Below the pieces are notes generated by a model that was given only the letters and a program-made list of their open reading frames with translations, was not told where the DNA came from and ran no database searches. 64,000 nt of DNA from the NCBI GenBank assembly GCA_050331735.1, contig JBHJGN010000037.1:32001-96000 (forward strand). The letters are read 5' to 3'. The position numbers and the translations under genes are program-made. Below, in pieces: positions 20,552-29,594 of this stretch. The first letter of the stretch is position 1. Every line of letters starts with the position of its first letter. Source of the stretch: Cyanophyceae cyanobacterium (GTDB lineage Bacteria; Cyanobacteriota; Cyanobacteriia; Cyanobacteriales; JBHJGN01).

Positions 20552-21922
20552 TTAAATTGAGCTAACGGTAGCCTGAGTAGAGGGGTGAGAAACGCGATCG
20601 CCCGTCACCACTAGCGGCACCTCGTTGGCTGGGGCAATGGTTAAGCCGCGCCGCGCTGCCTTGATGGGCTTATTGTCTCTCAGAGCAAGCTGGTAACGGG
20701 AGAGAACGGTCGCCAACACTAGGGTCATTTCTAACATAGCAAGGGCCGCTCCTAAACAGCGACGATTGCCGCCACCGAAAGGCAGAAATTCGTAAGCAGA
20801 ATACTGACGCTCAAGAAAGCGCTCTGGCCTGAACTGCTTGGAGTCTGGGTAGAGGTCTTTGCGGTGATGAATTAAATAGATGCAGGGGAAGAAGAGCGTA
20901 TTCGCTTCATACTGGTGTCCCATTACTTCTACTTCAGAGCGAGCAATACGAGGAAACGTCACCGGAACCACGGGATAGATGCGCAGCGTTTCTTGGCAGA
21001 CAGCGGTCAGATAGGGAAGACGGGCGATCGCCATTGGGTCTTCTACTCCATCTAGTTCTTGCAGCAGCTTGTCCTGGACTTGAGGATGCTGGCAAATCCA
21101 GTAGAACGCCCAGGCAAGAGCCGTTGCCGTGGTTTCGTGTCCGGCAATGAGGAGCGTGAGCAGTTCGTCTTGGAGTTCTTCGTCGGTCATGGCTTCACCC
21201 TGCTCATCTCGCGCCGCCATCATCAGGCTAAGCACGTCTGTACCGCTGCTATGGCAAGCGCGGCGCTCCTCAATTTCTGCTTGCAGCAGAGCGCGAATTC
21301 GCTGCTGGCGCTGCTGAAACTGCTGCCAAGGACTCCACGCCCCCCACTTTTTTTGCAGCCAGGGAAAGAATAGGGGACTAGAGCGCAGAGGCGAATCGAA
21401 CATATTGAGCATTGCTGCCAGTAGTGGCTTGAGCTGCTCGTAGCGATCGCCTTCGGCCAGGCCAAATACCGCCTGAAGAATTACCTCTAAGGTAATCTCC
21501 TGCATGGCAGCGCGAGCTTCAAACGGCTGCCCCACCTGCCACTGACTCGCTACCTGCTCAGTAATCTGGCAAATAATATCGCTATAGGTGCGAATACTTT
21601 CACCATGAAAGGACGGCATCAGCAGTTTGCGATCGCGGCGGTGGCGATCGCCATCGAGCACTATCAAAGAGTTTGCTCCCACTAGCGGCTCAACGATATC
21701 ATTACCCCGTCCAGCATCAAACTGTCTGGCATCGACACTGAGGATTTCCTGGACCCCTTGAGGATTACTCATTAGTACAAAGGGTTCAAAGTTGGCTAAG
21801 CGCAGGGTAAAGGTATCGCCATAGCGTTTGGCACACCTCTCCAAAAAATTTAACGGATCGGCGACCCAGTAGATGAGCTGCAATAGGGAAGGAATTCTGG
21901 GACCACTTGGTAAATAACTCAT
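20552..21922 (-). CDS. cytochrome P450 (CYP110-like)
   Basis: AGHETT, ETLR, PERF, FGGGNRRCLG heme motif. Confidence 0.95.
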   Translation of the reverse strand: MSYLPSGPRIPSLLQLIYWVADPLNFLERCAKRYGDTFTLRLANFEPFVLMSNPQGVQEILSVDARQFDAGRGNDIVEPLVGANSLIVLDGDRHRRDRKLLMPSFHGESIRTYSDIICQITEQVASQWQVGQPFEARAAMQEITLEVILQAVFGLAEGDRYEQLKPLLAAMLNMFDSPLRSSPLFFPWLQKKWGAWSPWQQFQQRQQRIRALLQAEIEERRACHSSGTDVLSLMMAARDEQGEAMTDEELQDELLTLLIAGHETTATALAWAFYWICQHPQVQDKLLQELDGVEDPMAIARLPYLTAVCQETLRIYPVVPVTFPRIARSEVEVMGHQYEANTLFFPCIYLIHHRKDLYPDSKQFRPERFLERQYSAYEFLPFGGGNRRCLGAALAMLEMTLVLATVLSRYQLALRDNKPIKAARRGLTIAPANEVPLVVTGDRVSHPSTQATVSSI

Positions 21923-22023
21923 CGTTGTTCTTTCTGAGGTCAGTATCTCTCTCTAATCTAACGAACCAGACATAGACAAAAAAGGTCTACAAAATTGGGG
22001 ACAATCGCTGAAGTGCCCAAGCG

Positions 22024-24750
22024 CTAAATACTGTATGATTTTGGTGCTTCGCAACATACGCGAAAGCCGAAGGTGAAGTCGCGGCTTATATGCGTTAGGT
22101 AGAAGCGAAAAGCAGAACGGCAAGATTCTGGACCATAGAACCAGCAACCGCCTCGCAGCACCTTTCTATTGTCCGCCGTATTTTTTTCTAGCCATGTCCT
22201 GCCGTCTTCTGGTGCTCCTTTGTAATTACTATGCCAGTCATCTTCGCACCACTCTGATACGTTCCCATGCAGATCGTGTAATCCCCAATGATTGGCAGGA
22301 AAGCTTCCTACGTCAGTTGTTTGTTCCCGGTATTCGCCTTTCGGACTACCTTTGTAGGTAGCGTTTCCATTGTAGTTAGCGAGGTTTGTCGTTATTATTC
22401 TACCGAAGTGAAAAGGAGTATTTGTTCCGGCTCGGCAAGCATACTCCCACTCTGATTCACTGGGTAAGCGATAGTTTTTTCCTGTTTTGGCTGACAACCT
22501 CCTACAAAACTCTACTGCCTCCTCCCAACTCACCTCCTCTACCGGATGATTGTCTCCTTTAAAGTGAGATGGATCGAAGTCAAGCGCTCGATCGATTTGT
22601 GACCAGGCAGCGACAATACGCCACTGTGCCTGCGTTATTGGGTAACGTCCCAGGTAAAAGGCTGACAGAGTTACCTGATGTCGAGGTTGTTCCCGGTCAC
22701 AATCAAGTTCTACGCCTTCAACTTCATTTCCTGGGGCTCCCATGACAAAGGTTCCACTTGGTATAGAGATCATTTCTAGTCCAATCTCTTCATTAAGAAC
22801 TTCAGTGTAGCCCCAGTTAGTAGCGCGGCGGCGAACGATTGCTAATTGTCCAACTTGACTAGAGGGGGAACTGAACGAGCCTCCACGTCCTTGCCATTCT
22901 ATCTGGGCTGTCTCAAACTCGAATCGCTCCAATATATGGGTAATTTTGGCTGGCTCGTACTCAAAATCTTGTAAAGGCGGAAAGTTAATGAATTCGGCGA
23001 CTTCGTATTCAATATCTTCGAGGGGAAGCTCTTTGGTCGTAGTTGTGTTTCCATTGAGGAGAGAATAACGACGAGCCAGAGTCGCATAGTCGCCTCCAAG
23101 ACGGCAGAGCGTATTAAGACCTACCCGTGCAAAGGGCAGCGCAGCTTCGCCCAAATTATGCTCTGACTCCTGCAAGTAAACAAGAAATGCTTCAAAACTG
23201 TTGAGGCTGAGACCCGCTTTCTGACTGATGACCTGCGATAGACGATTGAGGACGCTAACGGCTTTGTCTTCCGGCAATCCATCCAGGAGCAAATAGCGCA
23301 CGCGATCGCTCGTATCTGTTGCTCCATCCCCGAAAAACTCATAGTGAGTTTCCTCATCTTCTGTATCGCAGCGCCGCAGTAACCCGCTCAGCAATACTTC
23401 TGCAACATGGGCTTGCTGTGCTTCTGGGAGAAACTCATCCCGCAGGAGGTCGATGACGGGCAAACTGACAGAGGTTGCCGCCATCAATCCGGCCAGTTTC
23501 TGCGCCGTTTGGGATGCCGTTGCCTGAAACAGGGCAACCCGCTGCCGTGCCGTCCGGGATGTCAGTGATTGCAAAGCGGGAGTTTCGGTAGCACGTTCTC
23601 GCACAAACGCCAGTTCAAAAGTTCGCCCAGGGATAGGTTCTCCTGTCCCTGCCACTACCTGTGCCCAGCGATGAAGAGGATTCGGATCGAGGGTAACGAT
23701 AGGCAGCGTCAGCAGGCGCTTGTCTATGGGTTGTAAGGACTCTTCCTCGTCTTCTGCCCACTCATCCCTGTCATCGAGGATTGGCAGCCCGTACACCTCT
23801 AGCTTGGCGTTGGGCGTTCCTGGACTGATTGAGCTTAATTGCACTCGATATCCATCGCTCAGTGCCGTTCGTCCCCATAGCCGCTCCGGGAGCATCTGTA
23901 CAATGGCAATGGGCTGCACCTCCGACCATCGCCGCAGGGTTTCGTGAATTAGCCCCTGTCGCCACAGCGCTGACGTACAGTCAGTGACGAATAGCACCAG
24001 TCGTCTGCCGCTGGGGTCGAGGATTTCTTTGGGGTTCCGGGGGCGTTGACTCGTTTTGGATTGAGTTTTGAAGGTATTCCAGCGGGGAAAAAGTTGGACT
24101 GTGCTATTTTGTGCTTCGAGTCGCCAGGTTCGTACTGTCCGAAAGGCGCCGTGGTATTCGGTGAGATGTTGCAGCTCAGCAATCGCTCTTTCCCACAGTA
24201 CTGTCGTCTTTGAGCCTTCTACGACCAAATCTAGGTCAAGCCAGCGTTCGGGACGGGGGCGTTTTCTAGGCATCCACACGCGGGTTTCGGCAATTTGCGT
24301 GACGGTTTCCTCTTCATCGAGGTCGAACCTTACTTTCGACGGGACTTTTCGCATCAGGGGCTTGAGAGATCGCGCTAGGTCGAGGCGCGTCCGTAGCGCT
24401 GGCGCTGCTGTGGCTGGAAACGGCATGCCTGTGGGTTGTTCTGCTGAGCGATCGTCCTGAACTGAGGCTGGCTCTGAAACTGATTCCGATCCAGAGGGTC
24501 TGTCTGTGACTAGAGCGAAGTCTGATTGCTCGGCGGTTGACGTTTCAGTTATTTCAGGGAGTGGCGTTGTCTTCTCTCTCTTGGTTTGCTTATTGTCGAT
24601 GTCCTGACGCACTGCTGCTCTCGGCTCGATAAACTGAGTGAGCCAGAGGATATCGGCAATATCTACGGCGTTAACGTCTAGCCCAGACTGCTTTAACCTG
24701 GACGCGAACTGTCCGATTGTTGGTCTTCGCTGCTGCTCAAATGTTTCCAC
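22024..24750 (-). CDS. vWA-like (SAV_2336 N-terminal type) protein fused to a C-terminal FGE-sulfatase/CLec domain; vWA component of a VMAP ternary system
   Basis: DIADILWL, RSLKPLMRKVPS...LDEEETV, LDLVVEGS, RRLVLFVTDC, QMLPERLW, HVAEVLLSGLL; C-terminal FVMGAP, RLPSESEWEYACRAG, DLHGNVSEW, LRGGCW. Confidence 0.85.
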   Translation of the reverse strand: METFEQQRRPTIGQFASRLKQSGLDVNAVDIADILWLTQFIEPRAAVRQDIDNKQTKREKTTPLPEITETSTAEQSDFALVTDRPSGSESVSEPASVQDDRSAEQPTGMPFPATAAPALRTRLDLARSLKPLMRKVPSKVRFDLDEEETVTQIAETRVWMPRKRPRPERWLDLDLVVEGSKTTVLWERAIAELQHLTEYHGAFRTVRTWRLEAQNSTVQLFPRWNTFKTQSKTSQRPRNPKEILDPSGRRLVLFVTDCTSALWRQGLIHETLRRWSEVQPIAIVQMLPERLWGRTALSDGYRVQLSSISPGTPNAKLEVYGLPILDDRDEWAEDEEESLQPIDKRLLTLPIVTLDPNPLHRWAQVVAGTGEPIPGRTFELAFVRERATETPALQSLTSRTARQRVALFQATASQTAQKLAGLMAATSVSLPVIDLLRDEFLPEAQQAHVAEVLLSGLLRRCDTEDEETHYEFFGDGATDTSDRVRYLLLDGLPEDKAVSVLNRLSQVISQKAGLSLNSFEAFLVYLQESEHNLGEAALPFARVGLNTLCRLGGDYATLARRYSLLNGNTTTTKELPLEDIEYEVAEFINFPPLQDFEYEPAKITHILERFEFETAQIEWQGRGGSFSSPSSQVGQLAIVRRRATNWGYTEVLNEEIGLEMISIPSGTFVMGAPGNEVEGVELDCDREQPRHQVTLSAFYLGRYPITQAQWRIVAAWSQIDRALDFDPSHFKGDNHPVEEVSWEEAVEFCRRLSAKTGKNYRLPSESEWEYACRAGTNTPFHFGRIITTNLANYNGNATYKGSPKGEYREQTTDVGSFPANHWGLHDLHGNVSEWCEDDWHSNYKGAPEDGRTWLEKNTADNRKVLRGGCWFYGPESCRSAFRFYLTHISRDFTFGFRVCCEAPKSYSI

Positions 24751-25775
24751 AGTCGTTCGATGAGGTCGTCTGGAGTATGAACATTGTCACTTACGTTGGG
24801 TGCTCGTTCGCGGGTAACCAGATAGATAGCGTTGAGGAGCTGGTCTGTTGCTAAGTCGCCTTTGCTGCGGTCGTTGCGCTTGTTGACAAACCGCGTGATC
24901 AGCTGCTGGATCAGTTCTTCCGATTGGGCAATTAGCTTTTCCCCATCCTTTTCCTGCTTGAGGTGAGCTTTGACAATGGCTTCGAGGCGCTCTTCGTCGG
25001 GTTCTGCCATTGTTAGCCGCACGCAGCGACGTAAGAAGGGAGGCGGAAAGTCTCGCTCGCCGTTACTGGTTAGAACCATCAGCGGAAACTGCTGACTGGT
25101 AATTTTGCCCCCCTTAATAGTTGCTGTCGTATCGGCAAAGGTAAATTCTTGTTTGTCTTTATAAGCTGTTCGTACCGTCACCTCTGGCTTTTTCTCTTCA
25201 ATTCGCACCAGTTCCGGTATTTCAAACTCCCCTTCTTCAAAAACGGTGAGCAGATCGTTGGGCAGGTCGATATCGCTTTTGTCGATTTCGTCTACGATTA
25301 ACACGCGGGGCTTGTCAGAGGGGAGAAGGGCAGTTCCGAGGGATCCCAGACGAATATAGTTGCCGATATTGTCGAAATTGCCCCGCTCTTTCTCGCCAAC
25401 ATCCTGCAAGCGCGCGATCGCATCGTAGAGATACAGACCGTCCTTGAGGGTAGTCCGGGTGGTGATCGGCCAGTAGAGCACCTCTCCGAGGTTCAGTTCG
25501 CGGGCGATCGCATAGGCGAGGGAGGTTTTGCCGCTGCCCGGTTTGCCCGTTACAAGCAAGGGTCGCCGCAGATACAGCGCCGCATTCACTAGCTCGATTT
25601 CCTGGGGCTGAGCCTGAAACGTTTTTCCCCGTTCCTGCTTGCGACGGTCAGACTGTCTCCAGGGAGGGGGAGGAGGTAGATGGGCGAGCGGGTCTAAGCC
25701 TGGATCTGGATTGGGTTCTCCGGTTCCTTTGAAGATGGGCTGAAAAATTGGCTGAATCTTAGGCTGGTCGTTCAT
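24693..25775 (-). CDS. MoxR-family AAA+ ATPase of a VMAP ternary system
   Basis: LPPPPPWR, VNAALYLRRPLLVTGKPGSGKTS (Walker A), VLIVDEIDKSDIDLPNDLL (Walker B), TSNGERDFPPPFLRRC, ATDQLLNA. Start taken at MNDQ. Confidence 0.92.
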   Translation of the reverse strand: MNDQPKIQPIFQPIFKGTGEPNPDPGLDPLAHLPPPPPWRQSDRRKQERGKTFQAQPQEIELVNAALYLRRPLLVTGKPGSGKTSLAYAIARELNLGEVLYWPITTRTTLKDGLYLYDAIARLQDVGEKERGNFDNIGNYIRLGSLGTALLPSDKPRVLIVDEIDKSDIDLPNDLLTVFEEGEFEIPELVRIEEKKPEVTVRTAYKDKQEFTFADTTATIKGGKITSQQFPLMVLTSNGERDFPPPFLRRCVRLTMAEPDEERLEAIVKAHLKQEKDGEKLIAQSEELIQQLITRFVNKRNDRSKGDLATDQLLNAIYLVTRERAPNVSDNVHTPDDLIERLWKHLSSSEDQQSDSSRPG

Positions 25776-25779
25776 GACC

Positions 25780-27570
25780 TTAACAAGCCTCCTGATCAAA
25801 TTGCAGGTCCATCGTGGGCGGCACAATCTTCGCATCTTCCCAAACTAGACTAAGATGACCCCCCAGGCAATGGTTGTCATCTTCCCTCAGTGCGTCGAGC
25901 CTTTCTTCATAAATTCGCTGAGGGAGTTCGGCTACGGTGCGGTCTAGGATACGATCAACTTCATGACATAGTTTTGAGTGTCTTACCCACAGTGCAACAG
26001 GGAGTGCTGTTTTTCTAGCGATAAATTCAAAGACGCTCTCAACTTGCTCTGCTGATAAATTTTCCAGGATTGCCATCTCAGCAGTCTTTAATCCCAACAG
26101 TTCTGCATTTTTTGTTGTATCAACCCAGACGAATGTTTCCCGCGCAGTATGTTGTGATTTCGCTTCTATATGCTGCCATTTATCTTGCCAGCGCCTAAAG
26201 TACTTCTTCCCCGTCGGTGATTGGTTGAGATCGGTTCGCATTACCACTTTATACTGACTTCCCAGGGTTAAATCTGACAACGTTTTAGAGGAGTCGAAAT
26301 CGCGATCGAGCCAAGCACGCGGCACAAAAAAGTGAACCATTGGCTCGTTTAAGGTCGATTTCTCTTCTAGGCAAGTTTCAACGAAGTCTGGCAAATCTGC
26401 ATAGGGAAGAGTATGTTCTTGCAGCAAGTAGGGCAATGGTTCTTGCGGGTTGTAGGTATGGCGATCGCTAATCTCCCACATTGAGATCCAAACCTTTTCC
26501 TTGTCTTTTTCGTCTGGTCTCACTTCTACCACTAAATGTTCGGACGAGTCAGCGGAAGAAACGTTGCGCTCTCGTTTTTCTAAGATGGCGCGGCTCTGCA
26601 AGCTATCGAAGTAAAATCCGCGATACTCAACCCAATTTTTAATTTGTTGGTACATGGAACCCGATACCGCATCCATTGTTGCCAGAAAAATTGCAAACTG
26701 TGTCAGTCGATCAACGTTATCCCAACCGCGATTTCCTAACTGGCTCAAGCTTAGCAGCCGCGACTGCAACATCTTTTTCTCCCCCCAGACAGAACCAGAA
26801 TCGCAGAGGCGAAAGGCGGTGGCGATCGCACTGCTGAGTTTCTGCTGGTTGTCATTAGAAAGTTGTTGCAGATGGTTTTCGATCAGATCGCACAGGCTAT
26901 AAACACTAAGTTTTTTGAGAACGCCGTCTAGCTCTTTTTTCGGAATGGCGTATGCCTTGCTTCTTTGCTCATCTCTGGAGACTAACGCCGTAGCAATCAT
27001 GCCAATGACGCAGGTTCGTTGTTCATTCCAAACAGGTGCGCCGCTAAATCCTGCTTGAATTGTTTCATCGTTGGGATTACCTGCTTTATAAAACTGAAAG
27101 CGTCCTCCAGCAGTGCGTATTTTGGGAATGTATGCATCTGAGCGCTCACCGTTTTCATTGCTAAAGCCATAAACAGAATGTTCGTCGTTTTCAATATCTG
27201 ACAAACTGACTTGAACAAGCGGAATTGGCTTAGATTCACTCGGTTCCGCTTTGAGTAGTTTTAACCCAGCAACATCCCCTCGACTGACGCTATAAGGGAG
27301 CCAAGCTACCACTTTTGCCTTAATTTTGTCCCCGTCAGCGAGAATAGGAAAATCGAGGAATACCAGTTCTTTAACGACTTCTTTGTAAGAAGCAGATTTT
27401 TGTTTGTCAAAGTCGATACCGACCGCCTGTAAGACAACGTGGGCGCAAGTCAGCACGTAACCAGGAGCCACTAGGAATCCCGTCCCGATCGCCGTCTCTG
27501 TGTCTTGGTAGAAAATCCGCGCAATAGATTGTTCGTAATCTTCCCAAGTGAAAGTCACTTCTTCTGCCAT
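25780..27570 (-). CDS. trypsin-like peptidase fused to a VMAP C-terminal domain
   Basis: Triad motifs LTCAHV / DVAGLKL / GFSGAPV; C-terminal HFFVPRAWL, LGSQYKVVMR, WQDKW, PVALWVR, HLSLVWED..PP typical of VMAP-C. Confidence 0.85.
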   Translation of the reverse strand: MAEEVTFTWEDYEQSIARIFYQDTETAIGTGFLVAPGYVLTCAHVVLQAVGIDFDKQKSASYKEVVKELVFLDFPILADGDKIKAKVVAWLPYSVSRGDVAGLKLLKAEPSESKPIPLVQVSLSDIENDEHSVYGFSNENGERSDAYIPKIRTAGGRFQFYKAGNPNDETIQAGFSGAPVWNEQRTCVIGMIATALVSRDEQRSKAYAIPKKELDGVLKKLSVYSLCDLIENHLQQLSNDNQQKLSSAIATAFRLCDSGSVWGEKKMLQSRLLSLSQLGNRGWDNVDRLTQFAIFLATMDAVSGSMYQQIKNWVEYRGFYFDSLQSRAILEKRERNVSSADSSEHLVVEVRPDEKDKEKVWISMWEISDRHTYNPQEPLPYLLQEHTLPYADLPDFVETCLEEKSTLNEPMVHFFVPRAWLDRDFDSSKTLSDLTLGSQYKVVMRTDLNQSPTGKKYFRRWQDKWQHIEAKSQHTARETFVWVDTTKNAELLGLKTAEMAILENLSAEQVESVFEFIARKTALPVALWVRHSKLCHEVDRILDRTVAELPQRIYEERLDALREDDNHCLGGHLSLVWEDAKIVPPTMDLQFDQEAC

Positions 27571-27872
27571 TTCAGCGTTATTTCGTAATTTGCCTCTCCG
27601 CCAACCTTGGTGAGTACCGCCCCTACTTCACCGTTGAGCTTAACACTAAACTTTACCTCTACCTCGTCTGTCGGCTCGATGACTGCATCTAGCTTTTTCT
27701 TGACCGATTGAATCATAGGCAGCAGGTTATCTAAAGCCTGAGCGAAAGTTTTTCTCGCAGTTGCAGCTATCTCGTTGGGCGCCCTCGAAATCGGTCGAAT
27801 TTCTTCGACATCTTCAACTTCAACAAGAATTCTTCCGCCTTCACCCGTGTCGAATTCGACAAGCTGTGCCAT
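27555..27872 (-). CDS. Trypco1 (trypsin-co-occurring, CU044_2847-like) protein
   Basis: ILVEV...DEVEVKFSVKL..EVGAVLTKVGGEANYEITLKW; overlaps the trypsin gene start by 16 nt. Confidence 0.85.
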   Translation of the reverse strand: MAQLVEFDTGEGGRILVEVEDVEEIRPISRAPNEIAATARKTFAQALDNLLPMIQSVKKKLDAVIEPTDEVEVKFSVKLNGEVGAVLTKVGGEANYEITLKWQKK

Positions 27873-27982
27873 TAGCTAAACGTCTCCTGAAATCACTTCG
27901 GCAGTAATACCTCAATAGTTTATACAGTAGTTGCCCCTGAATTTCCGTATTTTTTCTCAAAGGAGATCAAAAAATAAATCGA

Positions 27983-27998
27983 CTCGCCGTTAGGTGAG
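27983..27998. other. DNA hairpin 3' of the FGE gene (DGR target hairpin-like)
   Basis: CTCGCC-GTTA-GGTGAG, ~25 bp past the stop codon; flanks shared with 29554-29569. Confidence 0.6.
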
Positions 27999-28023
27999 AA
28001 ATCAAAGGACCAAGAGAAAAGGG

Positions 28024-28974
28024 CTAAAGTGCCTGAGCGCCAAAAGTCCTCGGCATCTTGCAACACACTCGAACACCGATATCTTTGAGGCGGTAGTCAC
28101 GCAAATCCCCGTAGCGGTTAGTAGAACGGCAATTCTTCGGATACACGAGCCAAGAACCACCCCGCAGAAGCTTATCAGTATCTGTCGCGTTCTCCTCTAT
28201 CCATGCGCTTCCATTCACTGGTGCTCCTCTATAGCTATCATGCCAATCATCTTGACACCATTCCCAGACATTTCCGTGCATATCGTGTAGTCCAAAATTA
28301 TTTGGGGGAAAGATACCTACTTCTGTCGTTTCTCTTCGGTATTTTCCCACTATGCCTTTCCCGTAAGTTCCTTTATAAAGAGTATCGCCAATCTTTTCGT
28401 CCTGAGCGCGATAGTTTGCTAGTTCGTCACTCAGTGTTTCGCCAAAATGAAAAGGAGCTTTTGTCCCCGCTCGACAGGCATATTCCCACTGCGCCTCGCT
28501 GGGCAGGTGGTAGGTTCTACCTGTTTTGACTGATAATCGCTGACAAAACTCTATCGCCTCTTCCCAAATCACATTTTCCACGGGACGGTTGTCTCCTTTA
28601 AAGTGCGATGGATCTGAGTTTAGCTTGCACTTGTCTTTGGGCCAGTTGGCAACGATGCGCCATTGAGTTTGGGTGACAGGATATCGCCCCATCAAAAACG
28701 ATGAAACTATGACTTCATGTTGCGGTCGTTCATCGTTGTAACTTTCCAGTTCATCTTCCGGTGCTCCCATCAGGAATTTGCCACTAGGAATCAGCACCAT
28801 ATCCAAGCTAACTTCGTCACTGAGGGTTTCGATGAAGTGTTTGCCCCTGCGCCGATAGCGGCTGACGAGAATACGTTTTTCGGCGGTTTCTTCTGCCATT
28901 TGTTGGAGCTGCGTTTTGGACCGGACCACTGAATTTAATGTCCGGTTGGATAACTCTTGGGAGTTTCCTACCAA
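28024..28974 (-). CDS. stand-alone FGE-sulfatase/CLec protein, putative DGR target (ATG start may be 28899)
   Basis: FLMGAP, YPVTQ, LPSEAQWEYACRAG, DMHGNVWEW, LRGGSW...CRS...GVRVCC. Confidence 0.9.
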   Translation of the reverse strand: MVGNSQELSNRTLNSVVRSKTQLQQMAEETAEKRILVSRYRRRGKHFIETLSDEVSLDMVLIPSGKFLMGAPEDELESYNDERPQHEVIVSSFLMGRYPVTQTQWRIVANWPKDKCKLNSDPSHFKGDNRPVENVIWEEAIEFCQRLSVKTGRTYHLPSEAQWEYACRAGTKAPFHFGETLSDELANYRAQDEKIGDTLYKGTYGKGIVGKYRRETTEVGIFPPNNFGLHDMHGNVWEWCQDDWHDSYRGAPVNGSAWIEENATDTDKLLRGGSWLVYPKNCRSTNRYGDLRDYRLKDIGVRVCCKMPRTFGAQAL

Positions 28975-29085
28975 GAAGCCCTAATCTTACCTTAAAGCGC
29001 TGGCGAATGAATTGGTGGACTACAAACCGTAATCCGCTATTAGAGTTTCCAATTTGAGGAAAGCGATCGCCCTGAGAAGTATATA

Positions 29086-29439
29086 TTACGGCTGCTGCTC
29101 TCCTGCTAGCCGAGAGAGCGATTGAGCAATGCTAGCCATGTTCTCAGCAAGCGTAACTCTATCTTCATTGAAACCTTGAATGATTTCAAACATAGTTGCT
29201 TGATGAGCTGTTAATGCCGAAACATCTCTAGTTAACTGTGCTATTTGAGCATCGGTTCGCCGACGGTCACGAACGACATCTGAAGTTAAAGCCTCAATGG
29301 CCTTAGCATTAGAGTTAATCCTGGCATCAGTCTGAACCGACTGCTGAGCCAATTGCTCTAGCAAAGCTTCTATTCTGTCGAGGCGATCGCTTGGCGTTCC
29401 CGAAGGGCGATCGCCTCCATCGGGATTAGTTATCGGCAT
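29086..29439 (-). CDS. small coiled-coil hypothetical protein
   Basis: DRLDRIEALLEQL...INSNAKAIEAL heptads; AGGAG ribosome-binding site upstream. Confidence 0.75.
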   Translation of the reverse strand: MPITNPDGGDRPSGTPSDRLDRIEALLEQLAQQSVQTDARINSNAKAIEALTSDVVRDRRRTDAQIAQLTRDVSALTAHQATMFEIIQGFNEDRVTLAENMASIAQSLSRLAGEQQP

Positions 29440-29553
29440 ACTCCTAGCAATGTTTACTGTCTGATTGTTGTCTATTTCCTTGGAGATAGCGATCGCCTTC
29501 AGAAGGTACGGTCTCGTATGTTTTCATCCTAATGCTTTCTAAAAAAAATTAGA

Positions 29554-29569
29554 CTCGTCTAACGGCGAG
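29554..29569. other. DNA hairpin 3' of the FGE gene (DGR target hairpin-like)
   Basis: CTCGTC-TAAC-GGCGAG, ~25 bp past the stop codon. Confidence 0.6.
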
Positions 29570-29594
29570 ATATCAAAGGGCTAACCCCTAAAAG

